Of a stretch of DNA of 64,000 bases, positions 10,060 to 20,782 are shown in pieces (positions within the stretch are counted from its first letter, which is position 1; the number at the start of each line of letters is the position of its first letter). The position numbers were made by a program, and so were the translations under genes. The notes under the pieces were generated by a model. That model had not been told where the DNA came from. It was given only the letters and a program-made list of their open reading frames with translations, and did not search any database. This DNA is from Alphaproteobacteria bacterium (GTDB lineage Bacteria > Pseudomonadota > Alphaproteobacteria > JAAXGF01): NCBI GenBank assembly GCA_963555825.3, contig CAUVXB020000001.1, forward strand, positions 1,888,001 through 1,952,000. Direction: 5' to 3'.

Positions 10060-11346
10060 TTAGGTCGAAATTCGCTCGATATCGGCGCCGCAGGCCGCCA
10101 GTTTCTCCTCGATCCGCTCGTAACCCCGGTCGAGGTGGTAGACGCGGTCGATGATCGTATCGCCCTCGGCGGCGAGACCCGCCAAGACGAGCGAAACCGA
10201 GGCGCGCAGGTCGGTCGCCATGACCGGTGCACCGATCAGCTTGGGCACGCCGCGGATCAACGCCGCCGCGCCATGCACCGTGATGTTGGCGCCCATGCGC
10301 GTCAGTTCCGGCACGTGCATGAAGCGGTTCTCGAAGATCGTCTCGCTGATCATGGCGGCGCCCTGCGCGGTCGCCATCACGGCCATCATCTGTGCCTGCA
10401 GGTCGGTCGGGAAGCCGGGATAGGGTTGGGTCATGATGTCGGTCCCGGTGACCATCGCGTTTTCGCGGCGCACGCGGACGCCGTTCTCGGTCGGCTCGAG
10501 CAAGACACCGGCCTCGGCGAACTTCTCGCCGACGACGCCAAGCAGGCTCATCTCGGCGCCGACCAGTTCGATGTCGCCGTCGGTGACCGCCGCCGCGGCG
10601 GCATAGGTGCCGGCCTCGATGCGGTCGAACACGACGGCGTAATCGGCGCCGTGCAGCGTCTCGGCGCCGGTGATGCGCAGCTCGTCGGTGCCGATCCCCT
10701 CGATCTCGGCGCCCATGGCGACCAGGCAGCGCGCCAGGTCGCATACCTCGGGCTCGCGCGCGGCATTGCCCAGCACCGTCTCGCCGTCGGCGAGGCACGC
10801 CGCCATCAGGAGGTTTTCGGTGGCGCCGACCGAGACTGTCGGGAACTGGATTTGCGCGCCCTTCAACCGTCGCGTCACCCTGGCGTCGACGTAGCCGTCG
10901 ACCAGATCGATCTCGGCGCCGAGCTGTGCCAGCCCCTTGAGGTGCAGATCGACCGGCCGGTTGCCGATGGCGCAGCCACCGGGCAGTGATACCCGCGCGC
11001 GGCCGCAGCGCGCAAGCAGCGGACCGAGCACCAGGACCGAGGCGCGCATGCGCCGCACGAGGTCGTAGCGCGCCGTCGTGTAGACGATGTTGCCGGCATT
11101 GAGCGCCAGCACCCGACCGGTGTGGCCGCCGTTGCCGGCCTCGCCGTCGAGGCTGAGCGCGACACCGAGTTGGCGCAGCAGCGAGGCGAGCGTCGTGATG
11201 TCGGCGACGTGCGGTAGGTTGCTCAGGCGCAGCGTCTCGCCGGTCAAAATGCTCGCCGCCATCAGGGGCAACGCCGCGTTCTTCGCGCCGCCGATGGCAA
11301 TCGCGCCCTTGAGCGGCCGCCCACCGCGAATCCGAATCTTGTCCAC
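10060..11346 (-). CDS. murA: UDP-N-acetylglucosamine 1-carboxyvinyltransferase
   Basis: [50 protein letters not shown]. Confidence 0.98.
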   Translation of the reverse strand: MDKIRIRGGRPLKGAIAIGGAKNAALPLMAASILTGETLRLSNLPHVADITTLASLLRQLGVALSLDGEAGNGGHTGRVLALNAGNIVYTTARYDLVRRMRASVLVLGPLLARCGRARVSLPGGCAIGNRPVDLHLKGLAQLGAEIDLVDGYVDARVTRRLKGAQIQFPTVSVGATENLLMAACLADGETVLGNAAREPEVCDLARCLVAMGAEIEGIGTDELRITGAETLHGADYAVVFDRIEAGTYAAAAAVTDGDIELVGAEMSLLGVVGEKFAEAGVLLEPTENGVRVRRENAMVTGTDIMTQPYPGFPTDLQAQMMAVMATAQGAAMISETIFENRFMHVPELTRMGANITVHGAAALIRGVPKLIGAPVMATDLRASVSLVLAGLAAEGDTIIDRVYHLDRGYERIEEKLAACGADIERIST

Positions 11347-11511
11347 GAACCACCCTTATCCCGCCGCCGTTCGGGCCCGTGACGGCGCGCGCAAGAAACG
11401 CCGCCGCGCGCGCCAATGCAAGCGCAAATATGGCACGGAACGCGCTGGAGCCCGGACGTGGCCTGTTTTACTCGAACGATGGGCGCCGCTCAAGCCGCCC
11501 CGCGCATCACA

Positions 11512-11703
11512 TCACTCGTCGACCGGATCGGTCGCGGCGGCGCTGCGCGCACGTTGTTGGTTTTTGCGCCGTATCAGATTTATGCGCAATTGCGCGGCGC
11601 GGCGCGATTCGCGCGCTTCCGCGTCGGGGCGTGCCGTTCCGGGCGGCGGGTCGGCGTCGCCGGGCCCGGATGTCGGCGTTGATCCTTGCGGCTTTCGAGC
11701 CAC
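11512..11703 (-). CDS. Small basic hypothetical protein upstream of murA
   Basis: RESRRAAQLRINLIRRKNQQRAR resembles the small ORF usually found between tRNA-Thr and murA in Alphaproteobacteria. GTG start is inferred. Confidence 0.6.
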   Translation of the reverse strand: MARKPQGSTPTSGPGDADPPPGTARPDAEARESRRAAQLRINLIRRKNQQRARSAAATDPVDE

Positions 11704-11783
11704 GTCGATGTCACTCGTTAATGTATGCCACGGCGACTTGCCTAGGCGGTGGCACTGTGGCATTTTGCGCGGCGCCCCTCAAG

Positions 11784-11858
<75 letters not shown>

Positions 11859-11912
11859 TTTTTCGTACACGGGGCGGAGAATTCGGCCAACGAACCTTGG
11901 AGTGCCGCGCCG

Positions 11913-13439
11913 ATGTCGAGCCCCGGTATGTCCCGTCTCAGTCACGCCCTTGGCGTTCTCGCCGTCGTCTGGCTCGCCGCCGCACCGGCTAGCGAGGGCC
12001 GCGCCGATCCGGCCGAAGCCGAGCGCATTCGCGGCGCCATCGAAGATGCCTTGGGCAGCCTCCAGTTTCCGTGGAAGGCCGGCGGTGAGATTACCGTCAA
12101 CGAGATCGGCGGCGCATATCACGTGGTGATTCCCGGCGTCACCCTGGACCCGGGGCAAGAGTTCGAGGGTCGGAGCGAGGGCATCCTCGATTTCGGCGAC
12201 GTCTCGATCATCGCCAAGCCGCTCGACGACGACCGCTATCACGTCGACGTCACGCTTCCCAACCGCATGTCGTTTCGCGAGCCGGGCGGCGAGGTCGCCG
12301 CGCTCATAACCATCGGCACGCAGCGTTTCGAGGGCGTCTGGGTGCCGGCCTTCGAGACCTTCATCGAGGCCGATGCGGCCTACCAAGACATCTGGCTGAC
12401 GGTTCCCGGTTCGCAACCCATGATGACTCTGTCCGAGCTCACCATGCGCGTCGCCGTGGAAGAGAATACGCCGGGTTCATGGAGCGGGCCGTCGGTAACC
12501 AAGTTGAGCCAGCTCCGCTTCGAGGTGCCCGAGAGCGGCGAGCGCTTCGGCCTCGGCGAATTCGAGGTGCGCGCTTATGTCGACGCCATGCGGCTCGGCG
12601 ACTGGAGCCGGTTCATGCGCGAGGTGACCGGCATGATCGAGCAGCTCCAGGCGCAAGCGGGCACGGCCGAACCCGACCCGGCGGCTCTGCTCGCCCTCTT
12701 GACCGACATGCCTCGACTCTTTTCCGGCGTGTGGTCGGACATGACGATTTCCAACGTCACTGCCGAGGACGCCAGCGGGGCGCGCGTCTTCGCCATGGAC
12801 CGCATGACGACGTATTTCGGCCTCAACGGTATCGACCAATCGCGCGCCGGCGCCCAGTTCCGCTACACCCATTCGGGCCTCGATGTCGCCGCGCTCGAGG
12901 GCGTCACGAAGCAGGTGGTGCCGGGTGACGAGACGGTCGAGATCGAAGCCGTCGACCTGCCGACCCAGGCCTTGTGGGAGGGCATCATCGAAGTCATCAA
13001 GTCGTCGGCCGAGATGCCCCCCGAGCTCGTCCAGATGATGCTGTTGCAGCGCGTGACCGAAGCGGTCTTCGCGGCATCGAGCGGCCTCAACATCACCAAG
13101 CTGAACCTCGATGCGCCGGGCATCGACATCACCGGCACCGGCGGCATCAAGGCCGACGGCGCGTCGATGCACGGCGTCACCGGGCAATTCGACGCGACGG
13201 TCCGCGGCATCGACAACATGGTTGCCGCGATGTCGGATGCGCCCGAGGACGACAACACCATGGAGATGGCCATGGCGCTCTCGATGATGCAGGCGCTCGG
13301 CGCTCCCGAGCCCGATGAGGACGGCGTCAGCGTCAGGCGCTATCTCCTGACCATCGGCGCGGACGGCCAAGTGCTGCTCAATGGCAACGATCTCATGGCG
13401 ATGCTCGGCCCGATGATGGGCCAACCGCCGGCGCCGTAG
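11913..13439 (+). CDS. Exported hypothetical protein (beta-rich, DUF2125/YdgA-like)
   Basis: N-terminal signal-like segment (HALGVLAVVWLAAAPA), acidic, C-terminal GQVLLNGNDL motif. Family assignment is tentative. Confidence 0.7.
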   Translation: MSSPGMSRLSHALGVLAVVWLAAAPASEGRADPAEAERIRGAIEDALGSLQFPWKAGGEITVNEIGGAYHVVIPGVTLDPGQEFEGRSEGILDFGDVSIIAKPLDDDRYHVDVTLPNRMSFREPGGEVAALITIGTQRFEGVWVPAFETFIEADAAYQDIWLTVPGSQPMMTLSELTMRVAVEENTPGSWSGPSVTKLSQLRFEVPESGERFGLGEFEVRAYVDAMRLGDWSRFMREVTGMIEQLQAQAGTAEPDPAALLALLTDMPRLFSGVWSDMTISNVTAEDASGARVFAMDRMTTYFGLNGIDQSRAGAQFRYTHSGLDVAALEGVTKQVVPGDETVEIEAVDLPTQALWEGIIEVIKSSAEMPPELVQMMLLQRVTEAVFAASSGLNITKLNLDAPGIDITGTGGIKADGASMHGVTGQFDATVRGIDNMVAAMSDAPEDDNTMEMAMALSMMQALGAPEPDEDGVSVRRYLLTIGADGQVLLNGNDLMAMLGPMMGQPPAP

Positions 13440-13452
13440 CCCGTCACCGTCG

Positions 13453-13677
13453 ATGGACCACCTGCTCGACGTCAAGGGCCTCGCCTGTCCGCTGCCGGTG
13501 TTGCGCGCCAAGAAGGCGATTCGCGACGTGCCGCCCGGCGAGATTCTCGAAGTGCTCGCGACCGACCCAGGCGCAGTCAAGGACTTCGAGGCGTTCTGCG
13601 AGACCACCAAGCACACGCTTCTCGCCTGCTCCGAGGACGGCGGCGTCTACACCTTCCAGATCCGCAAGAAGAGCTGA
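13453..13677 (+). CDS. tusA: TusA/SirA family sulfurtransferase
   Basis: LDVKGLACPLPVL, ATDPGAVKDF. Confidence 0.9.
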   Translation: MDHLLDVKGLACPLPVLRAKKAIRDVPPGEILEVLATDPGAVKDFEAFCETTKHTLLACSEDGGVYTFQIRKKS

Positions 13678-13723
13678 TCTCACCGCGCTTGCCAGCGGCG
13701 CCGCGCGGCCTTACCTTACGCCT

Positions 13724-13821
13724 GTCTCAACGGGGTGCCTCTGGCTGAGAGGCGTTGCGCCCATATGCAGCGTCGACCCGTCGAACCTGATCCGGATCAT
13801 ACCGGCGGAGGGATTTGAGAT
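13724..13821 (+). promoter_or_regulatory. TPP riboswitch
   Basis: GGGGTGCC..GGCTGAGA..ACCCG..GAACCTGATCCGGATCATACCGGCGGAGGGA consensus upstream of the thiamine ABC transporter. Confidence 0.96.
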
Positions 13822-13869
13822 CGGCTCGACACACCGCCTCACCTCCACCGCCAAGGAATGGAGGAAGAG

Positions 13870-14880
13870 GTGATCAAACCTATCGCGATTGTCGCCGGCA
13901 TGTTTATCGCCGGCATAGCGTTCCCCGCCGCGGCGGGGAACCACCAGCCGACGCTGACGGTCTACACGTACTCATCGTTCGTTTCCGAATGGGGCCCCGG
14001 CCCCGCCATCAAGCAGGCCTTCGAAGCCGACTGCGCCTGCACGCTCGACTTCGTCGGTCTCGAGGATGGCGTCTCGGTGCTCAGCCGCCTCAGGCTCGAG
14101 GGCGTCAATACGAAGGCCGATGTCGTGCTCGGCATCGACACGAGCATCATGGCCGAGGCCCGCGCGACGGGACTTCTGGCGCCCCACGGCGTCGACCTGG
14201 ACCACCTCGCCCTGCCGCATCCCTGGGACGACGACGTCTTCGTGCCGTTCGATTACGGGTACTTCGCCGTGATCTACGACAAGACGCGGCTGGCCGACCC
14301 GCCGACCAGCCTCGACGCGCTGGTCAACGGCGACCCGGCCGAGAAGATCGTCATACAGGACCCGCGCACCAGCACGCCCGGACTCGGCCTCTTGCTGTGG
14401 ATGCAGAAGGTCTACGGCGACGGTGCGCCTGACGCCTGGGCCAAGCTCAACGCGCGCGTGCTGACCGTGACCAAGGGTTGGAGCGAGGCCTACGGTATGT
14501 TCCTCGACGGCGAGGCGCCGATGGTGCTGAGCTACACCACCTCGCCGGCCTACCACGCGATCGTCGAGCAGGAGGACCGGTTCGTCGCGGCGACGTTCGC
14601 CGAAGGTCACTACATGCAGGTCGAGGTGGCGGCGCTGGTCAGGAGTGCGGCCGAGCCCGAGCTGGCGCGGCGCTTCCTGCGCTTCGTCGTCTCGCCCGGC
14701 TTCCAATCGACCATCCCGACCGGCAACTGGATGTATCCGGTGATCGAACTGGCCGAAGGCCTGCCGCCCGAGTTCGCCGCCCTGCCCAGGCCCGCCGCCG
14801 CGCTGTTGTTCGCGCCAGAGGCGGTCGCGGCCAACCGCAAGGGGTGGATCGACGCCTGGCTCGAGGCGATGAGCCGCTGA
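13870..14880 (+). CDS. thiB: Thiamine ABC transporter substrate-binding protein
   Basis: LTVYTYSSFVSEWGPGP, DPRTSTPGLG, GWSEAYG, LSYTTSPAYH. Confidence 0.95.
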   Translation: MIKPIAIVAGMFIAGIAFPAAAGNHQPTLTVYTYSSFVSEWGPGPAIKQAFEADCACTLDFVGLEDGVSVLSRLRLEGVNTKADVVLGIDTSIMAEARATGLLAPHGVDLDHLALPHPWDDDVFVPFDYGYFAVIYDKTRLADPPTSLDALVNGDPAEKIVIQDPRTSTPGLGLLLWMQKVYGDGAPDAWAKLNARVLTVTKGWSEAYGMFLDGEAPMVLSYTTSPAYHAIVEQEDRFVAATFAEGHYMQVEVAALVRSAAEPELARRFLRFVVSPGFQSTIPTGNWMYPVIELAEGLPPEFAALPRPAAALLFAPEAVAANRKGWIDAWLEAMSR

Positions 14881-16467
14881 TGGCGCGCGCCGCGCCGGCG
14901 CTGCTGCCCGGAATGGCGGTCCTCGCGGGGCTTGCGCTTCTGGTCGGCGGCGCGCTCGGCGCGCTGCTCGCGGCGGCGCCGGCGGACGCATCGGCCAGCC
15001 TGTGGGGCGACACCTATCTCGGCCGGGTCGTCGTGTTCACCCTGTGGCAGGCGTCGCTGTCGGCGCTGATCTCGGTCGGCATGGCGGTGGCGGTCGCGCG
15101 TGCGCTCGCGCGGCGCGCCGAATTTCCGGGGCGCGATCTGCTGCTCCGTCTGTTCGGCCTGCCGCTGGTCATCCCGGTCATCGTCGCGGTGCTTGGCATG
15201 GTTGCGGTCTATGGCCAGAACGGCATGGTCAACCGGCTGCTCGCCGGGATCGGCCTGCCGACCGGCCAGTTCCTCTACGGTCTCTCCGGCATTCTCATCG
15301 CCCATGTCTTCTTCAACATGCCGCTGGCGACGCGGTTGCTGCTCTACGCCTGGCAATCGGTGCCCGGCGAGACCTGGCGGCTGGCGAGCCAGCTCGGCAT
15401 GTCGTCGGGTCAGATCTTCCGGCTGATCGAATGGCCGCTGCTGCGCCACGTCATCCCGGGCGTCGCCGGGCTGGTGTTCATGCTCTGCTTCACCAGCTTC
15501 ACAGTTGTGCTCACGCTGGGCGGCGGGCCCGGCGGGACGATCATCGAGGTGGCGATCTATCAGGCGCTCCGGCTCGACTTCGACCTGACCCGGGCGGTCA
15601 CCCTCGCGCTCGTTCAAATTGCTTTGTGCGCCGCCTTCGTCGGCTGCGGCATGCGTTTCGCCCGTGCCGTGTCGACGGCCCCCACCGAGGGCCGACTGCT
15701 CGGCCGGCCCGACATCGCGTCGCGCGGTGGGCGCATCGCCGATGCCCTGGTGATCGTCGTGGCGGTCATCATCGTGCTGCTGCCCCTGGTCGCCGTGGTC
15801 GCCGCCGGGCTGCGCGGGCCGCTCATCGACGTGCTGGCCGACGCGACGCTGTGGCGCGCGGCGGCGCGCAGCCTCACGATCGCGCTCTCGGCCGGGGTGC
15901 TCGCGCTGGTCCTCGGCTGGGCGATCCTGCTGACCAGCCGCGAGCTGCGCATGCGCCGCTGGCGCCCGCGCGCCGCCGAGGCGGTCGAGTTGAGTGGCTC
16001 GCTCGTGCTGGTCGTTTCGCCGATCGTGCTCGGCGCCGGCCTGTTCGTCGCCTTGATGCCGTTGACCGACGTTTTCTCGGTCGGCCTCGAATTGGTCGTC
16101 GTGGTCAACGCGATGATGGGGCTGCCCTATGTCATTCGGCTCTTGGGGCCTCCGCTGATGCGCGTCGCCGAGCAGCACGACCGGTTGTGCGCCAGCCTGG
16201 GCATCGCCGGCTGGAACCGCCTCGGTCTCGTCGAGTGGCCCGTGCTGCGCCGTCCGGCCGGGCTCGCGCTCGCCGTCTGCTCGGCGCTCGCGATGGGTGA
16301 TCTGGGCGCCATCGCCCTGTTTGGCACGCGCGAGACGGCGACGCTGCCGCTGCTTCTCTACCAGCGCATGGGCAGCTACCGGCTCGACGAGGCGGCGGTG
16401 ACGGCGTTGGTCCTGGTGACGATGTGTTTGGTTCTGTTCGTCGTCATCGAACGCGGGATGGGCGGTC

Positions 16468-16481
<14 letters not shown>
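14880..16481 (+). CDS. thiP: Thiamine ABC transporter permease
   Basis: FTLWQA, AHVFFNMPLA, LCFTSF..LTLGGGP, YQRMGSYR. Multiple TM segments. Confidence 0.95.
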
Positions 16482-17175
<694 letters not shown>

Positions 17176-17464
17176 CGGGGTGGTCCGAGGCAAGGTACCG
17201 ACGGGAGGACGCCGGACGCGGTGATGGCAATGCGTCGTGTCAGCTTCGCACCATGATCATCGAGACGAAACTGGAAGCTCGATGGTCGGTTGGCCCGGAG
17301 TGGGGATTGGCGATGTCCGCTTTACGTCCCCAATCAGACATCCGCGACAAGTTCACCGGATGTCGAAAATTGACCCTAGGTGGTCATCTGTGGTGATTCT
17401 CGATCAACGCGGATGCTTCACCGTTCGCTGTATGTCGGTGGCGTTGTGCATGTATTCTCCCGAA

Positions 17465-18043
17465 ATGAACCTCGTACTCAAGAGCGAGCGACTCTTGCTT
17501 CGGCCTTTGGCGGAAACGGATGCGCATGTGGAAGTTGAAATGGGTACAAACCCAGAGGTCATGAGGCACATCGGCGGGGTGGAAACGAAAGACGAAATTG
17601 TCAGAGAAATGGCGAAATACACTAAACGATGCGCTGGCGGGTGTATTGGAGTCTGGTGCGTGATCGATCGCTCGACGAATGAAAAACTGGGAAATGCAAT
17701 GCTCCTGCCATTGCCCATTGACGAGGACGACACGAACTGGGATTTGGTGGCCGGAGATGACCTGCCGGAGGGTGAAATTGAGATTGGCTACATGTTCAGG
17801 AAATCGGCATGGGGCAAAGGCTACGCAACAGAGGCCTGCAATCGCTTGCTGAAATTCGCATTCGAAGAGACGCCCTTGAATGAAGTCGTTGCCGTCGTAG
17901 ACTCACAGAACACCACCTCACGGAATGTGGTCGAGAAATGCGGCATGGCCTTTGAAGGCATGCGCCGCGCCTATGCGGAGCAATGCCTGGGCTTTCGGAT
18001 CACCCGCCAGCAGTGGTTGGAAAGAAATCAAAGAGCCTCCTGA
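17465..18043 (+). CDS. GNAT family (RimJ/RimL-like) N-acetyltransferase
   Basis: LKSERLLLRPL, EIGY...WGKGYATEA, N..SRNVVEKCGM. Visibly lower GC than flanks. Confidence 0.9.
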   Translation: MNLVLKSERLLLRPLAETDAHVEVEMGTNPEVMRHIGGVETKDEIVREMAKYTKRCAGGCIGVWCVIDRSTNEKLGNAMLLPLPIDEDDTNWDLVAGDDLPEGEIEIGYMFRKSAWGKGYATEACNRLLKFAFEETPLNEVVAVVDSQNTTSRNVVEKCGMAFEGMRRAYAEQCLGFRITRQQWLERNQRAS

Positions 18044-18220
18044 CGTAGCATTCAGACCATTCAGCAACGCCCAAATCGCGATGTTGTTTCCCAACCGCAT
18101 GGCAACTCTTGGCTATTCGCGGACATCTGTTGGGTAACGCTGCGGTGGCGGCTTGGCGCGTGATAGCGGACGTCGGCGGGCCACTTCGCTGGACGGAAGG
18201 CTAGGCCCATTGCGCTTCTT

Positions 18221-19397
18221 ATACCAGTGAGCCTATGAAATCACCTTCATGATCCATGGATAGGCGCAGAGGGTTCGCATACGATCCGGTTCTGCGATGA
18301 GGTCGATCCATGCTTGGCAACAGGCGTCGATGATGGCCTCGGTGTCGTCGAGGACGCGGAGCGATAGGAAGCGTTCGCGTAGGTAGAGCCAAACCCGCTC
18401 GACGGGGTTGAGTTCGGGACTGTAAGGCGGCAACAGCGCCAAGGTGACGTTGTCGGGGACGGTGAGGGCGCGCTCGTCGTGCCAACCGGCGCCGTCGCAC
18501 ATCATGACGGCGTGCGCATCCTGGTCCAGGGTATCGGCGAAGTGTGCGAGAAACAGGTCCATGACCTTGGCGTTGACGCTCGGCATCACCAGGGTGACGT
18601 CGTCGCCGGTGTCCGGGCGCACGGCGGAGAAGATGTAGGCCCACTGGTAGCCGATTTGACGCGTCCCGGGGGCACGCTCGCCCCTGCGCCACCACCGGTG
18701 ACACACCCGGCCCTTGTTGCCGACGCGCGCTTCATCCTGAAACCACAGCTGTAGGCGCTTGTCGGGATGCGCCGCGGCGGTCGCCTTCAGGATGTCGCGA
18801 AGCCCCCTTTTTTGAAGCGCTCCTGCGCTTCGGCGTCCCTTCGCGGGTGGCTCGGGCGCGCCTTCTGGCGGGAAAATCCCATCCGCCGTAGAACCCGGGT
18901 CATGCTCGAGGGGTGGTAGGTCTTGGCGAAGCGCTCCTCCAGCCAGCGGCACAGATCGGCCCGGGTCCAGGCGCAAACCCCGTCGCGCTCAGGCTCCGGC
19001 CCGGCGATGATGACCGCCGCCAGCGCCGCTTCCTCGTCTGCCGTCAGCCGCCGCGGCGAGTAGCCCTTTGGACGGTCGTGAAGCCCCTCCAATCCCTTTG
19101 CATTGTAACGAACAACCGCGTCGCGAAGCGTTTGGCGATCCATCCCCGCAAGCCGCGCGGCATCAGCCCGGGGCATCTCCTCCAAAGCATTCGCGATCCC
19201 ATAGGCCCGCGCCGCCGCTCGACCGTACGATTCCACGCGAGCCCAGCGCCGAAGCTCCAAAGGCGTCAAATCATCCCGTATCTTGAGTGCTGATCCCATG
19301 ACATCCCCCACATCTGGTGGGAGACCATAGAATCACAATCCGCCATCATCCGCCATCAATGAATATCCCGAGAGTCAATTCAGGCGCTCACTGGTAT
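18221..19397 (-). mobile_element. IS630-family insertion sequence (split transposase)
   Basis: 12-bp IR ATACCAGTGAGC (18221) / GCTCACTGGTAT (19397) with TA-rich flanks. Exact ends uncertain by 1 bp. Confidence 0.9.
18233..19299 (-). CDS. IS630 transposase in two overlapping ORFs joined by a -1 frameshift
   Basis: ORF A has HTH (DRQTLRDAVVRYN, WTRADL). ORF B has DDE (WFQDEAR, DGAGWH, LPPYSPELNPVERVW). Junction at AAAAAAGGGGG (18803-18813). Confidence 0.88.
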
Positions 19398-19413
19398 TAG
19401 ATCAGCCGACGAG

Positions 19414-19464
19414 GCACCAGCTTCTCGGGTTCAGCCACGAGGTCGCTGGCAATCGCCTTGGCGG
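19414..19464 (-). repeat. Diverged duplicate of the NUDIX gene 3' end (other copy 20329-20379)
   Basis: 43/51 nt identical. Translates AKAIASDLVAEPEKLV versus AEAIASGLMAEPEKLV. Confidence 0.8.
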
Positions 19465-19497
19465 TCTCGCCACATAGCAGCGGGCCGAGGACACCGT

Positions 19498-20178
19498 TCA
19501 TTCAGCGGTTGACGACAAGCAGTCGAGGACGGCCCGCACCTGCGCGGCAAAGTCGTCGCGCCCGGGTGCGAAGCTACCCTCGAAAAGCACAGTTCCTATG
19601 GTGAAGCCATCGACGCCGGCGTCATCGAGGAGCTTGATCTGAGCGCGGTCGACGATGCTGCCCGCGACGATCAGTTCACCGCCCTCGAGGGCAGTTCGGG
19701 CGGCTCTCACGAGGTCGATCGGCGCGGCGTCGACCGCTCGGTAGGCGAGTAAATCGGCGCCGGCACAGCCCTCCGCCATGTATTCCCGGCAGTCCCTGGC
19801 AATGTCCTCGGGCCGACCTTCGAGGCGCGTCGGGTGGTCGACCGGATGTCCCGGAAAGGGAAAATACGCGATGCCGGTGCCCGACAGGATCGCCTTGACG
19901 GCGCCGATGTCGGTACCCCCCAGAAGCCGGTCGACGCCAATGTCGACGGCTGTCCGGGCCGAATTAAGGCACGCCGCCGGCGTTTCGCTAACGACTTCCA
20001 TGTAACTCGTGGCCCCGGCGTTCTTGATGCGCCTGTTCAGCTCGATGAGTGTCTCATGCGAAACGCCGACGTCCTTGAACCCGATATGTCGAAGATCGAG
20101 CGGCAGCACCTGGTCCAACATGTCCAGGCAATTCGGGACCGTCTCGTCGTCCTGGGTCAGCATGAGGATGAAGTACAT
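19498..20178 (-). CDS. Hypothetical TIM-barrel (ribulose-phosphate-binding-like) protein
   Basis: HIGFKDVG, DLLAYR, LIVAGSI, GVDGFTIGT pattern of phosphate-binding barrels. Confidence 0.7.
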   Translation of the reverse strand: MYFILMLTQDDETVPNCLDMLDQVLPLDLRHIGFKDVGVSHETLIELNRRIKNAGATSYMEVVSETPAACLNSARTAVDIGVDRLLGGTDIGAVKAILSGTGIAYFPFPGHPVDHPTRLEGRPEDIARDCREYMAEGCAGADLLAYRAVDAAPIDLVRAARTALEGGELIVAGSIVDRAQIKLLDDAGVDGFTIGTVLFEGSFAPGRDDFAAQVRAVLDCLSSTAE

Positions 20179-20302
20179 CGTACGCCCCGGCGCATCGTCG
20201 CGATCACGGCATTCAGATTGATGACGTGTCGGTAACTACCATAGTGAATTCTGTCGGCCCGTCATCCGTGATGGCCGGCTCATCGGTGTGGCGAGGATCG
20301 CC

Positions 20303-20716
20303 TTAGGCCTCCATCATTACCTTGCGCAGCACCAGCTTCTCTGGCTCGGCCATCAGGCCGCTGGCGATCGCCTCGGCGGGCGGCTTGAAGCTGATCTCGA
20401 CCGGTTCGTGCGGCGGCACGACCGGCTCGCCGTCGGCCGCGACCGCGTAGTAGATCGGCGTGTAGTTGACGTGGCTCCACGGGCTGAACAGCGTGCCCGG
20501 CGCGTGCAACAAAGCGCCGACCGTGATGTCGAGCCCGGTCTCCTCGCGGAACTCGCGGACCAGCGCCTGCTCGGCGGTCTCGCTTGCCTCGACCCCGCCG
20601 CCCGGGAACTTCCAGGCGAATACCTCGCCGATGTACTCGGCCGAGATCAACACGCGGCCGGCGCGCAGCAGCACACCATAGGCGCGATAGTTCTCGGGAT
20701 TGTCGTCGGTCGACAT
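20303..20716 (-). CDS. NUDIX hydrolase
   Basis: Nudix box FPGGGVEASETAEQALVREFREETG. Confidence 0.92.
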   Translation of the reverse strand: MSTDDNPENYRAYGVLLRAGRVLISAEYIGEVFAWKFPGGGVEASETAEQALVREFREETGLDITVGALLHAPGTLFSPWSHVNYTPIYYAVAADGEPVVPPHEPVEISFKPPAEAIASGLMAEPEKLVLRKVMMEA

Positions 20717-20782
20717 CGAGTCGCTCCATTTGCCTCCAATACTCCGCGCCTATAGTAGCCCGACCCGCAACCGGAGGCGACG

